Assembly: GCA_964016885.1 (NCBI GenBank)
Contig: OZ024743.1
Coordinates: 175,150,001 to 175,214,000, forward strand
Origin: Eledone cirrhosa
Taxonomy: Eukaryota
Reading direction: 5' to 3'
Length of the DNA: 64,000 bases
The notes beneath the pieces were generated by a model, which worked only from the letters and a program-made list of their open reading frames with translations, was not told the origin of the DNA and did no database searches. The position numbers and the translations under genes were made by a program. Numbering within the stretch: the stretch's first letter is position 1; each line of letters starts with the position of its first letter. Below are positions 30,688 through 44,652 of the stretch, piece by piece.

Positions 30688-32565
30688 CTACCTTTCCGCT
30701 TCCCGGGGTTCGGGTTGCACGACTTCCATGGGGTCGGGGGTGTTGGGTGAAGGGGTGTCTTGTGGTGGTGTGGGGTCGTCGGTGTGTGGTGGGGTTGGGG
30801 TGTTTGGAGTTGTGTTGGGGAGGGGAAGGGGAGGGGGAAAGCTTTTTAGTAGGACGCGGTTTATGGGTTTGACAGAGGGTGGTCCTACGTCCTCCTTAAA
30901 ATCCTTTTTTAGTTTTTGGTAGAGGTTCATTGGGATTTTTATTAGTTTTAAATGTGGGTGGTTTTCTGATGAAACAAAGTTTACACCTTCGGTTTGTACC
31001 GAAGGATTATTGTATATGAGTTCATTTAATTTATTATTGTTTCTGTTGATGTAAGTATAGTGTAATGTCTTTTTTTCCGATGGTGTGAGTGTTTCGAAGA
31101 GGGGAGGGGCAGGTTTGGTTTTGTTTGTTGCTGGAGGGGTGTTTTCTGTTTTGTTAGATTGTGTTGCGATTTGGGTGGGGGTTGTTTGTCCTTGTGTGTT
31201 TTGCACATGTTTTCTTTTTTTCCTTTTAATCTGTCTGAAGGACTCCGTTTCTTCCTCCGAATTCGTTGGGTTATCTTCAGTGTTGGAGGGAAGAGGTATG
31301 TTTGCTGGTAATGTTTCCGTGTTGGTTTTCTTTGTGGGGGAGATGGATGTCACTATGTTAGACTGTGTTGTGTGTTGTGTCTGCGGTGGTTGTGTTGTTT
31401 TATTGAGTGAGAGGTTGGGTGGGCCTGTATTTTGTTTTGGGGTAATGTGTTGTGACTGTTTGTGTTGTGGTGGTGTTGTGGTGTTACTGAGGGACGGGTT
31501 GGGTGGGACTGAGTTTTGTTGTTTGTTTATCTGTTGTGGTGGTGGTGGTGGAGCTGGTGTTGGTAGCAGGGTTTTCTTTTTGTTGAGTTGGGGACAAGCG
31601 GCCTTCAGGTGCCCTCTGCCTGCACAGATATGGCAGGACGGCCTTCTCCCCTCCACGCTAATGTTTATATACCCGTGGTCCTCTAATAGGATTCTGTCGG
31701 GTATTTGGGCGATGCGTTCAGGCTTCATTTGTACTACCAGCTCTATACCTGTTCCACTGAACGCATTGCCTGTGGTTTTCCCAATGGAAATCACGTTGTC
31801 ATTCACTGGATCGATGAAGCCAGCTATGAGCCAGCAGTAGTCCACATCTGGCATCATTGCATCCAGCCATATGCGTTGAGTTTTTTTTCCCATATAAGAT
31901 GGATAAAAGGTGAAATTTTTTGAACGAATCGGTGACAAAGCACATTTTTTTGCCGCCGATTCGTTCTTCATGATAATTGCTAGACTTCCATACAGTCTGT
32001 CTTTTCTTATGAAAGTTGTTTCATTCAGTACTTCTGCGAGTACTGTTTTGATATCTGCTTGAGAAGGCTGTTCAGGTTTTTTTGTACTGTTGTTGATGGT
32101 CCGAAACTTGACCGTTCGGCTTTCAATGTCTTTCGTGAATTCTTGAGGCATTTTTACCAATAAAATACCATTCTCACCTTCACTTATGTATTGTTTTGCG
32201 TCCGTGATCCTTCGTACCACATCTGAAATGTTTTCCGCTATATAAGTCAAAGATTTCTTTGTTTTCTGTGCAAATGAAATCTGGTCGTCTGCTTTGTTTT
32301 CTGATATGATGTTATTTTCAACTGTTATTTTTTTGTTTGTTGTGTCTTTGTTTGTGTTATTAGTATTGTCATGCAATTTTTCAAATTTTTTTTTTTCGTT
32401 GTTTTCGTCATTTAATTTTTTCTCCGCAGATTCGTCCGTTTTTATTTTCATTTTTCCTTCCTTCTCTATGACGTTAGTTGGGAAGGAAGGGAGGACTAAA
32501 GCGTGCGAGCTTACAACTCTTACCGCTGTCCCCCCACCACTATTTTCGTTCGCTGCGTTTAACAT
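30688..32565 (-). CDS. ORF1: nucleic-acid-binding protein with zinc knuckle
   Basis: CHICAGRGHLKAAC (CX2CX4HX4C); upstream of ORF2; homologous to 60164-61950. Confidence 0.9.
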   Translation of the reverse strand: MLNAANENSGGGTAVRVVSSHALVLPSFPTNVIEKEGKMKIKTDESAEKKLNDENNEKKKFEKLHDNTNNTNKDTTNKKITVENNIISENKADDQISFAQKTKKSLTYIAENISDVVRRITDAKQYISEGENGILLVKMPQEFTKDIESRTVKFRTINNSTKKPEQPSQADIKTVLAEVLNETTFIRKDRLYGSLAIIMKNESAAKKCALSPIRSKNFTFYPSYMGKKTQRIWLDAMMPDVDYCWLIAGFIDPVNDNVISIGKTTGNAFSGTGIELVVQMKPERIAQIPDRILLEDHGYINISVEGRRPSCHICAGRGHLKAACPQLNKKKTLLPTPAPPPPPQQINKQQNSVPPNPSLSNTTTPPQHKQSQHITPKQNTGPPNLSLNKTTQPPQTQHTTQSNIVTSISPTKKTNTETLPANIPLPSNTEDNPTNSEEETESFRQIKRKKRKHVQNTQGQTTPTQIATQSNKTENTPPATNKTKPAPPLFETLTPSEKKTLHYTYINRNNNKLNELIYNNPSVQTEGVNFVSSENHPHLKLIKIPMNLYQKLKKDFKEDVGPPSVKPINRVLLKSFPPPLPLPNTTPNTPTPPHTDDPTPPQDTPSPNTPDPMEVVQPEPREAER

Positions 32566-33462
32566 TTCTGTTAGACGATTGAAATTTTTTACACAAAATT
32601 TTTTTTAAAACAGGTTTTTCACCTCTAGGAGGGGTAAAGATGAGCTGACCCACCGCCTGACAGTTCAGACGGAGGGTCAAGCTACACAATTGTATCAAAA
32701 TTAAGTTTGAACTCACAAAATTTCCTCAATAAATTTGAACAAAACTTCTGTGCGAAGTGAATGACATCCACACTGTAGAACAGACGACAGCTAGATTTCT
32801 ATACATATAGACATAGATAAGGAGAGAGATATAGAGAGGCAAAGATGTAGAGAGAGAGTAAGAAAGAAAGAGACGTGTATAGCGACAGTGATTTCTAGAA
32901 ACGACATAACTATTGTTGTATGTCATTTTTTTTTTGTCCTTTTAAATTGGAATAGAAAATCGATCCTGGTGAGAACACAGTTTATATATATATTGTATTC
33001 TTACAATAATATACACAACTGAATTAATTCGCCTAATGTAGGGGTTCCCTCCCTTGCTGGTCCCCACGTGGATTTAGTAACGGTCTTCCCTTGTATTATT
33101 GAACTAAACGCCTGTTGAAAAAGCGACTTCCTTGTTCATTATCTTACCAGAAGCCGGACATTTTTGATGTAGGCTGACGGTAACTGATTTAGGAGCCGCA
33201 GAAACCCAAATGCTGGAATTTACCATCTTTCCAGGGGTCCGGGTAAATTTTTCATTCATATATATTTTTATTTGTCTGACCCGAATTTTCTTGGTCGTAT
33301 TTTTGGCTGTGCGAATGATTGTTTAAGCATCGTCTCAGTGTGTTGGTATTAAACGTGAGTTATAGCTCTGGTTTACCCGAATCATTGAGCACTTTGCCAC
33401 ACATTTCGAAGATTGTGTTTCGTTATTTTGTGGGCCGAAGTTCCGATTCTCGATAATTTATT

Positions 33463-33509
<47 letters not shown>

Positions 33510-33676
33510 AGAAGCAAAAAATTGCTTATTGTGATCCAGTTTTTGGTTAAGAAAGCCAGTTTCATGGATGGTTTCAACGCACGGTTAGGGGTAACTCCAC
33601 AAGTTTGTAAGAAACGGTCGTAAATACCTGGATTAAATCCTTCTCTTAATGCTTACCTGTGTTTTCTCTTTTATAC

Positions 33677-33743
<67 letters not shown>

Positions 33744-33883
33744 GGAGAGAGAGAGAGACATATACATATACACATATACAAACATATAATATAAATATAT
33801 GTTTATATAAGTGTGTGTATCCCGGGTTCAGTGGGGGAAACCACAGAAAGTAAGGTACTCAATACATAGTAGAGTATATACAA

Positions 33884-33946
<63 letters not shown>

Positions 33947-34095
33947 GTATGTGTATATATATATATGTTATATATGTATATATATATATATATATATACA
34001 TGTATATATATATGTAAATATATATATATATATATATTTATATTTATACATATATGTATATATATGTATATACATATATATATATATATACACAT

Positions 34096-34127
<32 letters not shown>

Positions 34128-34627
34128 GTATATATATACATATATATATACATATATATATATATGTATATATATATACATATATGTATATATATACATA
34201 TATACATATGTATGTATATACATATATATACATATGTATATATATACATATATATATACATATATATATATACAATCAAGGTCTAGCAAATAGAGAAAAA
34301 GTTTTAAAACAAATAAAAAAAAATTCTCTGTACTTACTATATGTGCATTTACCGTGGTTTCAAGCTCCAGAATAAACGGAAAATCCAAGCGGATTTCCAT
34401 TCAGAAGGCTCTTCTCCCTCGGAGAATATAAAATTCCCGAGTTCAAATCATAAACTGACGCCATACAAAACCATTCCCAAATGAGAGCGAATGCTGAAAG
34501 AAATAATTCTGTCTGGTGCCGTGTGCAAAGACAAAAGGCAGGGTGGACAGGTCAATGTCCTGCCACTAGAAATAGCAGCAGTCCAAACGGTCAAGTTTTA
34601 TCTATACCTTAGGGGGAGATCAATAAT

Positions 34628-34795
34628 AATTGTTTCTACTTTTGGCACAAGGCCAGCAATAACCCAGTGTATTACTGGTACTTTATTTTATCGACCCCGT
34701 AAGGATGAAAGGCAAAGTTAACTTCGGCGGGATTTGAACTCAGAATGGCAAGGGCCGTAACTCTATGCGTCAAAGCATGGCGTCCGACCCTCTAA
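34628..34795 (-). mobile_element. tRNA-derived SINE, head partly missing
   Basis: Homologous to 22541-22724. Confidence 0.8.
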
Positions 34796-34937
34796 TAATA
34801 AAGTATGAATCCTTACGTGTAAAAAATACATATAGGGAAACAAGTATTATCCAACCGTATGCCAATATGGTTCTATGGCGGGTTAATAAATTAAAAAGCC
34901 AGAACGTATAACACCAAGGACTAGCAAATAGAGAAAA

Positions 34938-35618
<681 letters not shown>

Positions 35619-35667
35619 TATATATATATATACATGTATGAATATATATATATGTACACACACACAT

Positions 35668-35730
<63 letters not shown>

Positions 35731-35821
35731 TAGACTGAAAGATTCCGAGTAAATTAGGGGGAAGGGAGGTAATCACCGTTAAAATATGTTAGTAAAGTGT
35801 AAACATCATTATTTAATATCA

Positions 35822-36030
35822 TCCTCATCCGGCGGCCTCAACTGAAATCAACTCAACAATTGATCTCCACGTGGGTCTGTCATTCATTGCCGTTGCCAAG
35901 TCCTGGATTTCAATACCAGAATCTCTGGAGATGACATCGGGGTAGGAGAGCTTGCGCTCCCTCTTTTTAGTGACTGCTTGTGGTTTCCAAAGCACTAATG
36001 GGGACACAGCCTCATAGGTGGCACGATGGC
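35822..36030 (-). mobile_element. 3' fragment of an RTE-like LINE
   Basis: PLVLWKPQ..LSYPDVISRDSG..AMNDRPTWRS resembles the C-terminus of 42717-43190. Confidence 0.65.
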
Positions 36031-36164
36031 TGATTATTTAATATACAAATGGCTTCTACAGGACTAGAACTGTCTCATTTGTATGAATTCACCAGGATCG
36101 CATTCCCGATGATTTCATACGAATGAAATAGTTCTAGTCCTGTAAAAGCCATTTCTATATTAAA

Positions 36165-36783
36165 TATTGATCTCTGACTTTGGTACAAGGCCAACAATTT
36201 GGGGAGAGGGGAAGTCGTTACGATCACGTAAGAATGAAATGCAAAGCTAACCTCGGTGGTATTTGGACACAGAACGTAAAGGATCATAACTATATGCCGC
36301 AAAGCATATTACCCTCCCTTATTTCTGTATTAAATAATTGTTTCTACTTTTGGCACAAGGCCAGCAATTATCCCAGTGTATTACTGGTACTGCCATTAAA
36401 TAATTGTTTCTACTTTTAGGCACAAGGCCAGCAATTAACCAGTACATTACTGGTACTTTATTTTATCGACCCCGTCAGGATGAAAGGCAAAGTCAACCTC
36501 GGCGGGATTTGAACTCGGATCGTAAAGGGACGTAACTATGCTGGAAAGCATGGTGTCCGACCCTCTACCGATACTGCCAATCCACCGCCCTTCTGCCATT
36601 AAATAATTGTTTCTACTTTAGGCACAAGGCCAGCAATTACCCAGTACATTACTGGTACTTTATTTTATCGACCCCGTAAGGATGAAAGGCAAAGTTAACC
36701 TCGGCGGGATTTGAACTCAGACTGTAAAGGGACGTAACTATGCTAGAAAGCATGGCGTCCAACCCTCTACTGATACTGCCAAT
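36165..36783 (-). mobile_element. Cluster of nested or tandem SINE copies
   Basis: Old copy about 36165-36310, tail fragment about 36336-36390, near-full copies about 36400-36590 and 36605-36783. Confidence 0.85.
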
Positions 36784-37473
36784 GATATATATACATACAT
36801 AATATCCGTATGTGCCGTTTGTTTTGTTATCTCTGTTTACCTTTTCCATATATATATATATATATATATAGATATTGAACTGGTTGCTCTCCTCTTAACC
36901 AGAATTACTGAAAATACTTTCGGGGGTTTCAATAAATAACACTGTATACACACATGGCAGGTAATATTGTAAAGTTTGTTCATGCATATATGAGTGTGTG
37001 TGTGTGTGTATGTGTGCGTCTGTTGTGTTGAACCTACGTCGGTTCTGATGACGAATGTGACAGTTGTTTGGTTAAAGGAACAACTTGCTCGTGAAATTAA
37101 TGAGCAAGTGGCTGAGCATTCCACAGATCAGATGCGCGTACTGATAACGTAGTTTTCTGGTGTATTTATTTTACAGCCTTGTGACTGTAGAGACGTGAAA
37201 TATAACATAATGTTAATCAAACTCACGACCTTAAGATTATGAGTTGAACAGCTTAATCATTAAGCTAAGTACCTTCACATAGATATAGATGATTATCAGT
37301 ATGGAACGTGAGAATAGCGGAATGTGAGAATAGCGGAACGCGAGAATAGCGCGATGTGAGAGTAGCAGAACGTGAGAATACCGGATTGTGTATTGAAGTA
37401 ATAGTAGCGTTTAGAAGTATCAGAATCTCAAGTGGAATATTACATATTATGTGATAATTAACGAGGTGCCGGC

Positions 37474-37552
<79 letters not shown>

Positions 37553-37553
37553 C

Positions 37554-37589
<36 letters not shown>

Positions 37590-37846
37590 TAGTGGTAGTA
37601 GTAGTAGTAGTAGTAGTAGTAGTCGTAATAGTAGTAGTAGTGGTAGTAGTAGCAGTGGTAGTAGTAATGGTAGTAGTAGTAGTGGTAGTAGTAGTAGTGG
37701 TAGTAGTAATAGTTATAGTAGTAGTAGTAGTAGTAGTAGTGGTAGTAGTTATAGTAGTAGTAGTAGTAGTAGTGGTAGTAGTAGTAATGTTAGTAGTAGT
37801 AGTTATAGTAGTAGTAGTGGTAGTAGTTATAGTAGTAGTAGTAGTA
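37474..37846. repeat. (GTA)n trinucleotide repeat
   Basis: Direct inspection. Confidence 0.95.
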
Positions 37847-37861
37847 TCAGCATGAATAATG

Positions 37862-38570
37862 CTTTCTTTATTAACCACTAGGGTTGACACAAAGAATAAC
37901 AATAAGGACAACACAGGACAATACAAATGGGAATTTCTGCGTGTAAAAAAAAAAAAAAACAGAGTGTGACAAAAGGAAACAATGAAAAATTCCCAATAGG
38001 GGGAGACCTCCGAGGGTTGCTCGTGGACAAAGCCCACAAGAAAAGCCACGGTTACCCTGACCGCTAGGGCAAATGCTCTCTTCCTACTACAATGCTACAG
38101 GCACACGCTCAGGGTAGACCCATTCACACGGGCCATTCTTGCCTCTCTCACACACCTTTCAACAAACTGGCTGGAGGTCAGCACTTCCCTCTCAACCTTG
38201 AAAAAGTTAATGAGGGCGTCACCGAAGAGGAAAGTACCAGTCTTCAACCCTTTCAGACGTGTCCACCATACAATCTCTTACCATGGCCACCAGGCAGATA
38301 AAAACTGCCTGCCTTTCTCGGCTAAAGGAAGGTGGTGGAGCAATCTTCACGATGGACTCAGCTGATAGCCGGATCCGTTCTACACGTGACAGCAGGTGTT
38401 CGGCATAAACCCACAAGTCAGCAATGCTCGGACACTGGACGAGTGAGTGCAGGATGGTTTCATCGCCCTGTGCACATCTCGGACAGGCTCGGCTGATGGC
38501 ACTTCCCTGCCTGTAGAGTTTATCCCGAACTGGCAAGGCTCCTCGGTAGCACTGCCAGGCCAGGAATCGC
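37862..38570 (-). mobile_element. 5'-truncated Tx1-type LINE (third family)
   Basis: LAWQCYRGALPVRDKLYR..CPRC..ETILHSLVQC; ends AATAAAGAAA like the two full copies. Confidence 0.85.
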
Positions 38571-38587
38571 TTAAATTATAGATCTGA

Positions 38588-38661
<74 letters not shown>

Positions 38662-38986
38662 GCAGAAGGTAAATAGAAATAACAAAGCAAACGACACAAT
38701 ACAATGAAAAAATATATTAGTCTTAGGAAAAGAGTCTTAACGTTTCGGATGGTAGTTCTTCAGAAAATAGAATGAGAAATTAAATAAAAAATAGAAAGCT
38801 AGAGGACAGTGAGCAGGGGGAAAAACGAAAAGGTCTGTTCATTTCGCCATCTTTTGCAAAACTGTTGATAGAAGCGTTTAGTTCAGTTGTTCGTCTTTTG
38901 AAAGATTGTAATAAAAGGCAACTACATCGTGCGTGTGTGTGTATTTGTTGTTTTTCTGTACAAAGCTGTGAGGTGTATATATATAT

Positions 38987-39511
<525 letters not shown>

Positions 39512-39664
39512 GGTTCTAAACCCTGTTATCAAGCTAAAATTCCTTTAGTTAAAAATACGGTGAAAGCTATATATTTTCTAATTTCAAACTCGCTCACTGT
39601 TTCAAAACATACTTACTTGCCATATATATATATATATTGTATATATATATATATATATATATAT

Positions 39665-39743
<79 letters not shown>

Positions 39744-39744
39744 T

Positions 39745-39853
<109 letters not shown>

Positions 39854-40386
39854 ATATATATATACACCTCACAGCTTTGTACAGAAAAACAACAAGAATC
39901 AAAGCTATGTTAGAACATTTAGAACAATTGTTTCTTCCAAGCCTAGGCTTGAAGTCTTCGGATCATTATTAATAATAATGTTTTTACATATAATCAGCCT
40001 CCTATTCTGCTGAAGAGTCATACAGATACATATTGTGGACAACAGTGTGGGATTGGTAAGATTTAAAATTACAATTAAAAGCTTTTGGTGGAGTGTGTGA
40101 CAGATAATACAAGAGCGTCTAGTACATAAATAAAATTAACGAGACAGTACGTGCGTTAGTCATACATAAAGCAATTGAACAGGCAAAAGTATCAAGCATA
40201 TATGAATGCTGGGTGTTGCATAAAAATATATAGTAAAAATATATACTATAAATAGTATCCTTAATATTATATATATATATATATTATTGAATTACTGTCG
40301 GCTTCTTGTTTACATTAATTTCTCTATTTTCATTTATATATATATATATATATGTATACATACACACACACACACACACACACACT

Positions 40387-40429
<43 letters not shown>

Positions 40430-40444
<15 letters not shown>

Positions 40445-42184
40445 GGTAGATGTCTGTCTGTGTGTGTGTATGATATTTTTTGCATTTCCATATTTCTCTA
40501 CCGATTTTGATGAATTTCTTTCCAATGTGCTCCAAATTTACCAGGGCAGGTCAACACGGAATTATTTTTGCCAAAATTTCCTGCTTCTATGAAAAAAAAT
40601 CGATAAAACTAAATACATGCTGTAACCCTCTCTCTTACACGCTTCATTCCTCTTACTACTACCATCAAAATATATGAAACTACATACATGTTGCAACTCT
40701 CTTTAAAAGGTTCATCCTTTCTTCTACTCCACTCTCAATTTCCTCTGCAACTCTCTTTAAAAGGTTCATCACTCTCTCTACTCCCCACTCAATCTCCTCT
40801 GCAACTCTCTTTAAAAGGTTACTGCCTCCGTCTACTACCCTTTACAGTTTAGAACAACGACAAAACTTCTTTTGAAGGAACGCGACACAAACTTTGAAAC
40901 CTAATCAACAAACAGTCATAACGACACTCTCTCCGTCGCTCTTCCCTCTCTCTACAATAGATTATTCCCCCTCTCTACAGTCATAACGACACTCATACAT
41001 CAAATATCAAAATTTAAAAAGCCGATAACACTAAATACATACTGCTCTCTCAACGTTACATTTTACACACATTTTACATCAAATAACAAATATTCAAAAG
41101 CAACAGATGAATTTATAAAACAATAAACGTAACAATAACAACGCTTAAGCATTTATTTACATGATTCTCAACAAAGACATTATATTTTATTGTTGTCCAT
41201 TTTGTAATTTTCTTTCTTTGTTTTTCTCAATATGAAACAAAAAATTGAGAAAACTTTTTTCACGGGATTCTATTCAAAGTCGGGACAATTATTGCTTTTG
41301 GTCAGAAGGTCATGAAGCAAAAACATTTCTAATCAATCAACAATAAGGGCAAAGATCGATCATGATCATTCCCCTCTCTATAATTTAACTGCTTTACTCT
41401 CTCTGTCGCTCTTCACTCCCTATATGACAACACTGCAGAGAGAGAAACAATGTATATGTTCAAATGGAGCGTTCCGTATATTCCCCCTCTCTATAATTTA
41501 ACTGCTTCACTCTCTCTGTCGCTCTTCACTCACTATATGACAACACTGCAGTGGAGCGTTCCATATTGGCATACGGCTTATCTGGGGCATTTTCAATCGG
41601 CTTATTGCAAATAACAACCCGCAAAATAACACTTCATATAACAGATTAATGCTATAGACATATGAATCGGAATGTAACCCGTGAACTTTTTCCCGGGCAA
41701 AATTATTCGAACATACATGACCTCATTGCCAGAGTGTTCAGACTGAAACTGGCTAATCTCCCATGGCCAACTTTATGTTGCCTGTTCCCGCCTAGGGAGC
41801 AGGAATGGACTTTTTGCTTACACTCCTCAAGGGATGACATGCAATATCGTCTACAAAGAGGTGCTATAGATGTTGGTGCAGGTGTTGGAGGTGTTGGAGC
41901 TATGCCGTCTGGAAAACTGGTAGGGTCACCCATAGCGGACAGATCTGACACTCAGCGGCGTCAGGGCCACCATCTTGCAACTTTGGTCTACTAAATTCGG
42001 TATTGGAAGATTATTAACCCATCATTGATTGTCCAAAATGGTAATTGGTTCGTAACTTTTAATAACCGGTTCAACTGCTTTATGCACTTAATTGATAAGC
42101 TTATGCGCTTTCAAGCTACGTTTACCTGTATGCAACTTTTCATAGCAAATGAACAAACCCGAGCAACGCCGGGCTAAACTGCTA

Positions 42185-42185
<1 letters not shown>
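40430..42185 (+). mobile_element. Deleted Helitron with a Rep-domain relic
   Basis: 3' hairpin plus CTAG; RELFPGQNYSNIHDLIARVFRLKL at about 41675-41750 matches the Helitron Rep L.PGQ..D.PDL.ARVF..KL motif; internal tandem repeats; 5' boundary uncertain. Confidence 0.75.
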
Positions 42186-42228
<43 letters not shown>

Positions 42229-42231
<3 letters not shown>

Positions 42232-43187
42232 AAAGCCCAAGTCATTACGCCTGATAGGATGACGGAGTTCTTTGAGATACTGGCTGGTGTGCTCCAGGGA
42301 GATACATTGGCTCCCTACCTTTTTATCATCGCAATGGACTATTGTATGCGCCTTGCGCTGGAGAAACGCCAGGACTCTGAATTTACTGTAACACTGGGTC
42401 AGAGCAGGAGAGTTAAGGCGAAAAAGATATCGGATGCTGAATTTGCCGATGACATAGTTTTGGTAACAAACACAGTAAAGGAGGCAGAGGAGTTGATGCA
42501 GAAGGTGGAGACTGTGTCGATGAGTGTGGGGATAAGAATGAATGAGATTAAGTCGAAGTATCTGGTAGAGAATATTAAGAAGCGAGGGAGGATTGCGAAT
42601 GTAGGCGAGAAGCCGCTAGAACTGGTTGAGGACTTCCTGTAACCGGGAGAAAAGATTGGGAATACAGAAGATGATGTGTTTGAGAGGAAGAGCGGGGATG
42701 GACGGCGTGACACAATTTGAGATCGGTGTGGAAGTCGCACCTTCGTAAATACCTGAAGATCCGTCTCTTCGTTGTTACAGTGGAGTCTGTGCTGCTGTAC
42801 GGGTCTGAGACTTGGACACTGACCAAGAAACGCACTCAGATGGTGGATGGGTGCTACACGAGAATGCTGAGGATGACTCTGAACATTAATCAGTATACAC
42901 TGAGAATGAAAAACTCAGAGCTGTTTGGGAGCCTCCCAAAAGTCAGCTCAAAAGTGACACAGAGGAGACTGAGGTTAGCTGGACATGCTCACCGACATCC
43001 AGAGTTGACACTGCACTCAGTGCCCCATTGGGAGCCCCTGCATGGACACACTGGAAGAGGAAGGCCGAGGTTGACATATGTTGATGCCCTAAGGACAGAC
43101 ACTGATCTCTTGGAGACGCAGGACATGGCAGCGATGATGAGAGACCGCTGGAGAGAACTCGTCCATGGATCTCGGGAATTTTACCTG
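42229..43187 (+). pseudogene. 5'-truncated RTE-like LINE RT fragment
   Basis: GVLQGDTLAPYLF, FADD, ESVLLYGSETW, RRLRLAGH, GRPRLTY. Confidence 0.9.
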
Positions 43188-43215
43188 CATTATATATATA
43201 TATATATATATATAT

Positions 43216-43385
43216 AACAAAGAGGGTGTGGTAAGATACCAGGTGGACCATAACGCATCAGCGTACTCAATAGTTAGGGTAGTAGAGTGGATAATAGGAA
43301 AAGAGTCAGGACCCCGACGACTGAGCTCCGGCTATTTGTAGCTGTCGAAACGGCCGAAGCTCAGCATTCGGGGTCCTGACTCTTT
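43216..43385. mobile_element. Family A fold-back PLE end
   Basis: Homologous to 26660-26862. Confidence 0.7.
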
Positions 43386-43409
43386 TGTGTGTGTGTGCAT
43401 ATATATATA

Positions 43410-43780
43410 ATGTAATCTGAGTTTTTCGAATATTAATAACTATATTCGATTCGTTTGTAATTATGCAAACAGCCTCTTTTATAAACCATGTCAGTAGAAT
43501 GAGCCCCTCATTCTTGCTCTTGTGTTGGCATGCAAACAGAACTGCAGACACTAATGTTTCTGGGTGATTACCCTTCATCAGTGTAGTTTACTGCTTACCT
43601 CCTAACTGTCAGAGCTAGTGAAAATATATGATATTTTCTAAAATATACAGTGACTGATCGGCCTGATTTGCATATTAGTAGACTGGCTGATCAGTCAGAT
43701 CTGTATATTAGCAGATCCACCGATCAGCCAGATTTACATATCAACAGACTGGACAGTCAGTTTCCTGTATACGAGCGATA
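43410..43780 (-). mobile_element. Second copy of the 439-bp R2 unit
   Basis: Reverse complement of about 12250-12620; ATTTGCAT at about 43666. Confidence 0.75.
43541..43587 (-). ncRNA. Type I HHR
   Basis: ACTACA-CTGATGA-AGGGT AATC ACCCA-GAAA-CA TTAG TG-TC^-TGCAGT. Confidence 0.7.
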
Positions 43781-43792
43781 ACTAGTTTTTAG

Positions 43793-43876
<84 letters not shown>

Positions 43877-44484
43877 TTGTGTGTGCAAACATTCCATCAT
43901 TCTCTTTCTTCTAACTTTACTCTTTCCTTATGAAGGACTAACGTATGCTGATACATTTTTTTCTTTTGCCCACAAGCGTGAAACTAACATTACATTGTGT
44001 AACTACTGTCTGTGTTTGGCTACTTTTGCTATACATACATACACAACATATATCCATACATACATATGTGTATCAGCTAGTCACCCTCTCTCGGCTAGCC
44101 TCTTTCTCACACTTTCACTCACTCACTCTGCTACTCATCCTCTCCCTCACTTCCTCCATCGTCCCACACCGTGCGAAAGTCTTTCCTCGCTTACTTTTCG
44201 CAAGATGTGTCTTTTGTCTTCTCGTCAACATTCGCAAGTTCTTATGTGCAAGTGAATCACTGACTTGATTTTCTCATTTTTTCCTCTCTTTACGTTGCTT
44301 CACCACTCGTCTTTCTTTACCTGTCTCTCTCTCTCCACCCAATTCATTTTATCCCAATAACTTATTTTAGTTATTGTTCGCGCTAGCCGGAGGTATCTGA
44401 TCTTTAATGCGAAGAAATACCTATGATGGCTAGTAGACCGCTGATGATGGACAGTCCTGGGTTCTATTTCTAATTCTTCTTTTA

Positions 44485-44652
<168 letters not shown>

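Larger units (their letters stand above)
27000..32799 (-). mobile_element. Full-length, apparently intact L1/Tx1-type non-LTR retrotransposon
   Basis: Two uninterrupted ORFs; AATAAA at the 3' end; 20-bp TSD TATACATATAGACATAGATA at 26980-26999 and 32800-32819. Confidence 0.95.

Noticed and set aside
38735-38768. CTGAAGA..GAAACGTTA on the minus strand
   Set aside because: Stem II does not pair; at most a relic, not called.
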